Assembly (NCBI GenBank): GCA_958296135.2
Contig: CATQHZ020000001.1
Coordinates: forward strand, 3,168,001-3,232,000
DNA from: an uncultured Poribacteria bacterium
GTDB lineage: Bacteria > Poribacteria > WGA-4E > WGA-3G
DNA: 64,000 nt
Reading direction: 5' to 3'
Positions within the stretch are counted from its first letter, which is position 1; every line of letters begins with the position of its first letter. The position numbers and the translations under genes were made by a program. The notes below the pieces were generated by a model. The model searched no databases, was not told the origin of the DNA, and saw only the letters and a list, made by a program, of their open reading frames with translations. Shown here one piece after another: positions 8,276 through 15,798 of the stretch.

Positions 8276-11200
8276 AGGAGCGTTTCTGGCAATCCTTCCA
8301 CAATCTTCACTGTCTCTAAACTCACGGTAATCACCGAGCCGATGAGTTCAACGATATACCGCGGCCGCGCTGCATCGCTCGGGTCGTTGACGATGCCGCT
8401 GCGATTTTTATCTACCTTCACCTGATACTGCTCGATCACCCACTCCAACGCCGAACGGTTCCCCAACCGATACGCAAACGCCGCCGCCGGAATGTCTGCC
8501 AACGTGAGAAACTCGTTGTATTTCAACTGCGTTTTGTCTTTGGATAACCGCATCCGTTCCACGCGTAAGTCAAGCTGCGCGTCGGGTTTGCTGATGAACT
8601 TGAGCGAATATTGCGGCTGTGTCTCGTAATTGACGTGCAGTTCGGCGAGTTGCGCGCCGGCGTTCGCGAATGCCCAGAAATCCTCCGCATAGGGAATATG
8701 CGGCAGATCGAGCCGCAGATCAGCGGCGTAACGTTCGCGGTATGCGGGATGATGCAGGAGCCCATAGGTATAGTTGAAAATATCCCACTTCGTGATAGTG
8801 TCGTCGCCGTACTGCGCACGGAAGTTTTGCAAAGCCCAGTCGGTGATGTTTTCTCGGCGGTTTGTGCCATCTTTGTCGTAGACATAGAAGGGGAAGCACT
8901 GGGAATCACCGGTAAGATGCACATCCGGGATAACGGAGGCCATCAACGTGTGAAAAGGTTTGTTCGCGCCTCTCGCACTGACGCAAATCACCCGATTTTC
9001 TGTTTCAGTGTCAGGTGTCGGAAAGATAACCGGGAACTGCCCAGGTCTGTCGGTAAGAAGCCTATCAAAAAAGAGTCCCGTTTTGGTGAAAGGACGATAG
9101 AGACACTGCCGGCGTTTGGATGCATCAAATTCCACCGTGCGCCCGCCCTCCAAGTGCCGTTTTAACGTTGAACTCCACTTAATTTTCTTCTCATCGTTAT
9201 TGACAAACCTATCAACGTCAACGCTAGATTTGTCCTCCTGTGCTTTCCACCGAATGACATGCTCGTTATAGACATCGCTCATGCGCCGCATATTTTCGGC
9301 GAGGGTGTCTCGGTTGAAGTTGCAAGCCCATGCATCGCGCCCGGTCATGACACCGGGGCTGTAGGTGTGAAAAATGGCACCTTTTGGCTCGCTTTTCATC
9401 TGCTTTGTTGCCTTGCTCCCTATTGGCGTGAATGTTGAAAATTCGCGGTTGAGGCCTTGAGTGAGCCACGTATGCCGCGCGTCGGGTTGGAGCGTTTCCC
9501 ACGAGACGTTGCCGATGTGTTCGGATTCGCGGAGGAATGTGAACTTCCGGTCTTTGTTCCATGTGTCATCGGTGCGGTAGTAGAAAAGGCGTGCAGGAAG
9601 AGTCGAGACCGGGAGGTCTCTCCTACGGGGAGGTGTCGGGACCGGGAGGTCTCTCCTACGGGGAGGTGTCGAGACCGGGAGGTCTCTCCTACGGGGGTTT
9701 TTGACGAAGATGTTGATGCTTACGCCGACGCGGATGCCGAAGACATTGGCATCGGATACGAGTGCGTCTTTGCGCGCGTTTCCGCCGAGGTCGAGGAGAT
9801 AGAGCGCGTCAAACTCTTCGGCGAGGTGCTGCCGCATGCCATCAAATGAGATACCGTGCAGGAAACTGCTGTTCGTGATAACGGCGACAACTCCCTCTTC
9901 GCCGATTCTATCCGATGCCCAGCGGAGTGCTTTGACATAAGGGTCATAAAGTGAACGCCGCAGGGTTGCTGTGGAATCCTTCACATACGTCCCCTCAATC
10001 CGGGCATCCATCGCGGGATATTTGCGATTCTTGTTGTTATCGTTCTCATTGACTTGCCCGGCATTGTAAGGCGGGTTGCCGATGACGACGAACATCGGCG
10101 CGGTTTTCTGTTTCTCAACCCGCGCCGTATTTTCTGCTGTTAAGAGCGACAACTGCCGGTCTTCCGCCAGATCGAACGTATCCACGAGGGAGATGCCTTC
10201 AAACGGGAGATAGGTGCCGGTGGCGGCGTAAAACTCGTGTTCAATGTTGAGACTTGCAATGTAGTAGGGTAGCAACAACACCTCGTTGCACCACAACTCT
10301 GAACGGTATTTCGCTTCCAGTTTGAACTTGTCAATTTCGCGAATCAGGCGGACAATGAAGTTGCCGGTGCCGACGAAGGGATCGATGATATGAACGCCTT
10401 CGTCGGAGAGGGAGCGACTGAACTCGGTTTGGAGCAGGTAGTCCACGCTTTTTACCATGAAATCCACAATCGGTTGCGGGGTGTAGACGATGCCGTGTGT
10501 ATCGGCAACGTCGGCGGAGGAGCCTTGGAAGAACTGCTCATAGACGGTATTGAGGAAGTGCTGCTTCTGCGAGAAATCGATGAGCGTTGCTGCTTGGCGT
10601 TCGATTTCGCGATAGAACCGGTCGAGGCTTTGGAGGAACTCCCCTCGGCTAAACGCCTGCGATGCGAGTGCATCGATGACGTTCTCGATTTCGCGTGCGA
10701 TGATATTGCGCCGCGTGAAATCGGGATTGTTAAAGACGGTGCGGAAGGTGCGTTCTGTCAAGAGGTGCTGGATGAGCATTTTCTCCACCGCCGCTTTGGA
10801 GAGGTTCGGGTTAATGGAGGTCTGGCAGAGTTGATGGAAGTCGGCGAACGCCTTGCAGAATTGCGGGTTAGTTTCGTGCTGCGTCTGGATGAGGTGTTCT
10901 ACCTCGCGTTCCAGTTCCGGCACGAGGGTTCTGAATTCGGCGACGGCGGCTTCCCATTCGGCGGCGTTTTCGCGTTCATAGCCGAAGAAGAGCTGTAAAA
11001 CAGCGACGAGTGTTGTCGGATCTGTGATGTCCGCGTCCAGCACTTGCTTTCCGTTCTGATAGAGAATGGCGCGTTCGGGTGTTTGGAAGAGGATGTTGTC
11101 CTGTGGGTAGCCGGCATCAAACTTGGTTTGGATTTCGGCGCGGAGGTTCCCGTGAACCCCTTTTGCCTCCCACGTGCCGCGCGGTAACCGGTGCCGGTCG

Positions 11201-11421
11201 AACAGCATGCCGTCTAAACGGATGGAATTTCTGCTGGGAATGCGGAGCGTCTGTTCACAGATGAGCGTCCAGTCTACCTGTCGTGCGCAGGTTTCCAGCA
11301 GTGTTTGGAAGGCGGCGCGGACGGCGGTTTCGTGCGTGGCGTGCTGGTGTTGGTATTCGTCCAGCGCGGTGTAGTAAGTGGTTATGGATTTGTGGGTTGG
11401 TTTGAGAGTGAGTCTTGGCAT
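8272..11421 (-). CDS. Single-polypeptide restriction-modification enzyme: PD-(D/E)xK nuclease, N6-adenine MTase and Type ISP-like C-terminal specificity domain, no helicase
   Basis: RLDG...WEAK, GIVYTPQPIVDFMV, DPFVGTGNF, VIGNPPY, YRPFTK, QCFPFY, YRLGNRSALEWVI. Confidence 0.88.
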   Translation of the reverse strand: MPRLTLKPTHKSITTYYTALDEYQHQHATHETAVRAAFQTLLETCARQVDWTLICEQTLRIPSRNSIRLDGMLFDRHRLPRGTWEAKGVHGNLRAEIQTKFDAGYPQDNILFQTPERAILYQNGKQVLDADITDPTTLVAVLQLFFGYERENAAEWEAAVAEFRTLVPELEREVEHLIQTQHETNPQFCKAFADFHQLCQTSINPNLSKAAVEKMLIQHLLTERTFRTVFNNPDFTRRNIIAREIENVIDALASQAFSRGEFLQSLDRFYREIERQAATLIDFSQKQHFLNTVYEQFFQGSSADVADTHGIVYTPQPIVDFMVKSVDYLLQTEFSRSLSDEGVHIIDPFVGTGNFIVRLIREIDKFKLEAKYRSELWCNEVLLLPYYIASLNIEHEFYAATGTYLPFEGISLVDTFDLAEDRQLSLLTAENTARVEKQKTAPMFVVIGNPPYNAGQVNENDNNKNRKYPAMDARIEGTYVKDSTATLRRSLYDPYVKALRWASDRIGEEGVVAVITNSSFLHGISFDGMRQHLAEEFDALYLLDLGGNARKDALVSDANVFGIRVGVSINIFVKNPRRRDLPVSTPPRRRDLPVPTPPRRRDLPVSTLPARLFYYRTDDTWNKDRKFTFLRESEHIGNVSWETLQPDARHTWLTQGLNREFSTFTPIGSKATKQMKSEPKGAIFHTYSPGVMTGRDAWACNFNRDTLAENMRRMSDVYNEHVIRWKAQEDKSSVDVDRFVNNDEKKIKWSSTLKRHLEGGRTVEFDASKRRQCLYRPFTKTGLFFDRLLTDRPGQFPVIFPTPDTETENRVICVSARGANKPFHTLMASVIPDVHLTGDSQCFPFYVYDKDGTNRRENITDWALQNFRAQYGDDTITKWDIFNYTYGLLHHPAYRERYAADLRLDLPHIPYAEDFWAFANAGAQLAELHVNYETQPQYSLKFISKPDAQLDLRVERMRLSKDKTQLKYNEFLTLADIPAAAFAYRLGNRSALEWVIEQYQVKVDKNRSGIVNDPSDAARPRYIVELIGSVITVSLETVKIVEGLPETLL
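9602..9696. repeat. Three tandem 33-bp REP-like units read in frame within the RM gene
   Basis: gtcgagaccgggaggtctctcctacggggaggt x3, encoding (P)PRRRDLPVST. The same motif is intergenic at 50200-50295 and 63037-63136. Confidence 0.9.
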
Positions 11422-12182
11422 TATTCCTCCTGTGCATCGTTGGGGAGTTGGAGCACGGTGCGGATTGCGGTGCGGACTTCATTGCAGACACGCACTGCAT
11501 GCTCAGCATCCGCTGCTGTCACGAAAATCTCATAGCGGACATCTACGGCATGCGGTTTGAATTTGGCGAAGTCAGTTTGCCATGCGCGCCACTCGGGATG
11601 CGTCGGTACAATCAAATTCAACAACGCGTTGAGATTGTGTGTTCGCGGCACACGCAGATTCGCCTCCTGCAGCCACGCCTTGAGGTATTTCTCGACACAC
11701 TGCTGCGCGTGGAAACAAATCTGATCATGTATATCTGGTGCCGAAATCTGCTGCCCTGCCTTCATCATCAAATGATCGGTTTCAGCTTTCCGGGCTCGCT
11801 CTAATGTCAACGGGTTGATAATTCCTGTCTTCTCCCAAATGGGCACCAAAGTATCCTCGGCGAGTGCCAGCGGCGGCAGTACCGCCGTATCGTAAAGCAC
11901 GTCACCTTTTTCGAGCACTTCGCGCAGAAACCAGTCGTTATGCGCCACGCGATAGGCGATGTTTTCCGGGCACCAGACATGTAAATCAAGGTGAAAGCGG
12001 CGCGGGATGCGTTCTTGTATTTCCCATGCTTGCTGCTGCGGCTCCATGACAACGAGCAGATCTACATCCGATGCTTCTGTCGGCTTGCCATACGCGTAGG
12101 AGCCGAAGAGGATTACCTGCAGGGGCGCGAATTCGCGGACGATGTCATCGCAGGTAGCTTGAATCTGTTTTGCGGAAATCAT
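11421..12182 (-). CDS. Fused minimal nucleotidyltransferase (MNT)-HEPN protein, copy 3
   Basis: VILFGSYAYG...SDVDLLVV (MNT) then CFHAQQCVEKYLKA, PRTHNL and AVDVRY (HEPN). Confidence 0.88.
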   Translation of the reverse strand: MISAKQIQATCDDIVREFAPLQVILFGSYAYGKPTEASDVDLLVVMEPQQQAWEIQERIPRRFHLDLHVWCPENIAYRVAHNDWFLREVLEKGDVLYDTAVLPPLALAEDTLVPIWEKTGIINPLTLERARKAETDHLMMKAGQQISAPDIHDQICFHAQQCVEKYLKAWLQEANLRVPRTHNLNALLNLIVPTHPEWRAWQTDFAKFKPHAVDVRYEIFVTAADAEHAVRVCNEVRTAIRTVLQLPNDAQEE

Positions 12183-12964
12183 GAGTTTATGCCTTCGTTG
12201 TTTGGGAGTTGCAGCGTGGCGCGGATTTCGGTGCGGACTTCGGTGCAGACGCGTACAGCATGCTCAACGTCCTCTGTCGTCGCGTAATAGGTTTCATAAC
12301 GGACATCCACGGCGTGTTTCTTGAATTGTGCGAAGTCAGTTTGCCATGCGCGCCACTCGGGATGCGTCGGCACAATCAAATCCAACAACTCACTCAAATC
12401 GTGCGTCTGTGGCACACGCAGGTTCGCCTCCTGCAGCCACGCCTTGAGGTATTTTTCGACACACTGCTGCGCGTGGAAACAGACTAAGTCATAAAGTTCG
12501 GGTGTCAATGCCTGCTGAAACACCTTGATTCCGGCCCAGTCGGTTTCGGCTGTCCGCACCTTTTCCAATGTCAAGGGATTGATAACCCCGTTATTGTCCC
12601 AAATGGGCACCAAAGTATCCTCGGCGAGTGCCAGCGGCGGCAAGGCTGCTTCTGTATCGTAAAGCACATCGCCTTTTTCGAGCACCTCGCGCAGGAACCA
12701 GTCGTTGTGCGAGACGCGATACGCAATGTCCTCCCGCGAGCGAACCTGCAAATCCAGGTCGAAGCGTTTGGGGATGCGTTGTTGCATCTCCCATTTTTGC
12801 TGCCACGTCTCCGATTTCAGAATATCCATGACAACGAGCAGATCTACATCGGAGTCTTCTGTCGGTGTGCCATAGGCGTAGGAGCCGAAGAGGATTACCT
12901 GCAGGGGCGCGAATTCACGGACGATGTCATCGCAGGTAGTTTGGATTTCTTTTGCGGAGATCAT
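12179..12964 (-). CDS. Fused MNT-HEPN protein, copy 2
   Basis: Same motifs, ATGA overlaps with both neighbours. Confidence 0.88.
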   Translation of the reverse strand: MISAKEIQTTCDDIVREFAPLQVILFGSYAYGTPTEDSDVDLLVVMDILKSETWQQKWEMQQRIPKRFDLDLQVRSREDIAYRVSHNDWFLREVLEKGDVLYDTEAALPPLALAEDTLVPIWDNNGVINPLTLEKVRTAETDWAGIKVFQQALTPELYDLVCFHAQQCVEKYLKAWLQEANLRVPQTHDLSELLDLIVPTHPEWRAWQTDFAQFKKHAVDVRYETYYATTEDVEHAVRVCTEVRTEIRATLQLPNNEGINS

Positions 12965-13746
12965 GAGTTTATGCCTTCGTTGTTCGGGAGTTGCAGCGTG
13001 GCGCGGATTTTGGTGCGGATTTCGGTGCAGACGCGTAAAGCATGTTCAACGTCCTCTGTCGTCGCGTAATAGTTCTCATAACGGACATCCACGGCGTGTT
13101 TCTCAAACTGCGCGAAGTCAGTTTGCCACGCGCGCCACTCCGGTTGCGATGGAACAATCTGGTTCAACAATCTGTTCAAATCGTGCGTCCGTGGCACACG
13201 CAGATTCGCCTCCTGCAGCCACGCCTTAAGGTATTTCTCGACACACTGCTGCGCGTGGAAACAAATCTGATCGCGGAGTGGCCTGGGTGCCTGATGCACC
13301 AGTGTCAGCATCGTATCCCAATCATCCTCAGCATTCTGCACCCTCTCTTGTGTCAATGGATTTATAGCACCTGTTTCCTCCCAGACCGGCACCAAAGCAT
13401 CCTCGGCGAGTGCCAGCGGCGGCAATGCGCCTTCCGTGTTATAAAGCACGTCGCCTTTTTCGAGCACCTCGCGCAGGAACCAGTCGTTGTGCGAGAAACG
13501 ATACGCAATGTCCGCCGGGGAGCGAACGTGCAAATCCAGGTCGAAGCGTTTGGGGATGCGTTGTTGCATCTCCCATTTTTGCTGCCACGTCTCCGATTTC
13601 AGAATATCCATCACGACAAGCAGATCGACATCGGAGTCTTCTGTCGGCGCGCCATAGGCGTAAGAGCCGAAAAGGATTACCTGCAGGGGCGCGAATTCGC
13701 GGACGATGTCATCGCAGATGGCTTGAATCTGTTTTGCGGAAATCAT
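12961..13746 (-). CDS. Fused MNT-HEPN protein, copy 1
   Basis: Same motifs. Start set at MISAK by homology with the other copies; ATG 13758 is an alternative. Confidence 0.88.
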   Translation of the reverse strand: MISAKQIQAICDDIVREFAPLQVILFGSYAYGAPTEDSDVDLLVVMDILKSETWQQKWEMQQRIPKRFDLDLHVRSPADIAYRFSHNDWFLREVLEKGDVLYNTEGALPPLALAEDALVPVWEETGAINPLTQERVQNAEDDWDTMLTLVHQAPRPLRDQICFHAQQCVEKYLKAWLQEANLRVPRTHDLNRLLNQIVPSQPEWRAWQTDFAQFEKHAVDVRYENYYATTEDVEHALRVCTEIRTKIRATLQLPNNEGINS

Positions 13747-13779
13747 GAGTTTGTGCATCCGTTTTTAGGTTTTGATTTT

Positions 13780-13809
13780 AGTATAGCATGCAAAGGTGGG
13801 AAATGTCAA
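13780..13809 (-). promoter_or_regulatory. Putative sigma70 promoter for the MNT-HEPN/RM operon
   Basis: TTGACA-N18-TATACT with an extended -10 TG. Confidence 0.6.
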
Positions 13810-13875
13810 GACGTTTTGCAATAAAACGATTTTCGTGGTAAACTGGCACAAAATCGCCTTTGGATAGGAAGAACG

Positions 13876-15696
13876 ATGCGCCAATCTCAACACCTTATCT
13901 GGATATGTCTGCTTCTCATCCTTCTCTGCACTTTCACTGTGCGCGGCGATGAGGTGATGTCCCTCTTTGCGCGGGGTATCCAAGAATTAAACGCAGGGCG
14001 GCTGGATGCCGCCCTAGAAACGTTCAAGCAGGTGACGACAACCGCACCGGATTTTGCGGATGGGCACTATCACCTAGGGCTAGTCTATTATGAGAAGGGA
14101 CAATTCGGAGCGGCGGCTGCGGCGTTTGAGCAGACTTTGAAATTCCTGCCTCGCGATGTGGAGGCACTGATTCATTTGGGGTTGGCCTGCTACAAGGCGG
14201 CTGGCGCGGGACAGTCCCTCGCCCTACGCGATGTTGGAATTGCGTCGGGGGCGCGGCAGGCGGTAAAGGCATATCGAACTGCGCTTGAAATTCAGCCGCA
14301 TAACGTGAAAGCACTCAATAACCTTGGGCTTGCTTACCAAGCACTAGGACAGTTTGACGAGGCGATTACCGCTTATCAGGAGGCGTTGCTGCTCAGTCCG
14401 CACTTGCGCGAGGTGGCGGCAAACCTCGCGACCGCGCGTGATTTGCAGCGTGGCACCTATTCGCTTGCTGCCTATAAGCACTATCGCACTGGGATGCAAT
14501 TGAAGCGCGCGGGCAACAGCGAGGCGGCTGTCGCCGCGTGGAAACAGGCGATTGGCGAGAGTCCGCGCTATCTACAAGCACACCTCCAATTGGCGGAATC
14601 TTATTTTGAGGGAGGTGCATACGAGCGGGCTATTTCGGCTTACCTATCGGCACTTGAGTTGCGTCCGGATGCGGCAGACATCTTCTACAATCTCGGCAAC
14701 AGTTATCTCTATACGGGGAAGTTGGAATCGGCGGTTGCGGCGTATCAGCGCGCCGTCGAGATACACCCGAAGATGGCATCCGCTTGGGCGAATATGGGGA
14801 CGGTGCTTCTGGAATTAGAACGTATTGATGCCGCCATTGCGGCGTGTGAAAAGGCTTTGGAAATTGTCCCTGCCGCGCGCCAGATTCAAGCCACGCTTAC
14901 CACCGCGCAAGGCATTAAATCGGGACAATGGACGACGCAGGCGTATCGCTTGTGGCAGCGCGGGATTGCGGCTGCAAACCGCGGCGATACGCAAACAGCA
15001 ATTGCATTGTGGAGACAGGCGGTTGCGCTGAGCCCGAACTACGCCCAAGCGCATGAGAGTTTGGGATGGACTTACTTCACTCTCCAGCGGTTTGACGATG
15101 CTGTCCAAGCATGTCAAGCGGCGCAGACCTCTTTCGCCGTGCAGCTCATCACCTTCGCGCGCGAACTGAAGGCAGGAAAGTATCCGTTCAGAGCCTATCA
15201 ACTCTGGGAACAAGGGAGGCGCGCTAGTGCCGCGGGCGAATTGGAACAGGCGGTTGCCTATCTTTCACAAGCGATTGCGGAAGGCCCGGCATTTGTTGAG
15301 GCACATAATACGCTAGCATGGCTCTACGCCGATAAGTTGGGGACGAACTTAGCAGCGGCGGAAAAACTGGCGCGCCGTGCGATTTTGTTATCTGGCGGGA
15401 CAGATATGCCCGGCCGCCCGCATCTGCATCACACACTTGGATGGGTTCTTTACAAGCAGGGACGCTACGCGGAAGCACTCAACGCCTTTGAGGAGGCCCT
15501 GCGCCATTCTCCGAACAACGCGGCATACCTGTATCACGCCAGTTTGGCGGCACTGAAAAACAGTCGCCCGCCGCAAGCGTTGGCCTACCTCGCGCAAGCG
15601 ATTGCAGAAGATGCGCGATGGGTAGAGACTGCGCGAACGCAACGGGAGTTTGATGCTATTCGTTGGATGCCGCGGTTTCGCGCGCTTATTCCATAA
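13876..15696 (+). CDS. Tetratricopeptide repeat protein, probably exported
   Basis: N-terminal hydrophobic segment and many TPR units (ALNNLGLAY, FYNLGNSY, AWANMGTVL). Confidence 0.9.
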   Translation: MRQSQHLIWICLLLILLCTFTVRGDEVMSLFARGIQELNAGRLDAALETFKQVTTTAPDFADGHYHLGLVYYEKGQFGAAAAAFEQTLKFLPRDVEALIHLGLACYKAAGAGQSLALRDVGIASGARQAVKAYRTALEIQPHNVKALNNLGLAYQALGQFDEAITAYQEALLLSPHLREVAANLATARDLQRGTYSLAAYKHYRTGMQLKRAGNSEAAVAAWKQAIGESPRYLQAHLQLAESYFEGGAYERAISAYLSALELRPDAADIFYNLGNSYLYTGKLESAVAAYQRAVEIHPKMASAWANMGTVLLELERIDAAIAACEKALEIVPAARQIQATLTTAQGIKSGQWTTQAYRLWQRGIAAANRGDTQTAIALWRQAVALSPNYAQAHESLGWTYFTLQRFDDAVQACQAAQTSFAVQLITFARELKAGKYPFRAYQLWEQGRRASAAGELEQAVAYLSQAIAEGPAFVEAHNTLAWLYADKLGTNLAAAEKLARRAILLSGGTDMPGRPHLHHTLGWVLYKQGRYAEALNAFEEALRHSPNNAAYLYHASLAALKNSRPPQALAYLAQAIAEDARWVETARTQREFDAIRWMPRFRALIP

Positions 15697-15798
15697 TGTT
15701 GCAGAGCCATTCACAGTGTGCGCACGTTTTCCGAACAGTGTCCGATTTCATCCTGAAACTTCAGGCGATTTGGTTCCCTACATTCTATGCGGCGGTTC

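Noticed and set aside
9602-9696. 33-bp repeats as a mini-CRISPR
   Set aside because: They are head-to-tail with no spacers and lie in frame inside a CDS.
11421-13746. Diversity-generating retroelement as the source of repeat variation
   Set aside because: No reverse transcriptase is present, and the differences do not look confined to adenines.
15739-15752. Short motif tgtccgatttcat, also near 39853 and as an inverted variant near 47413
   Set aside because: Too short and too few copies to define an IS end or MITE from this window alone.
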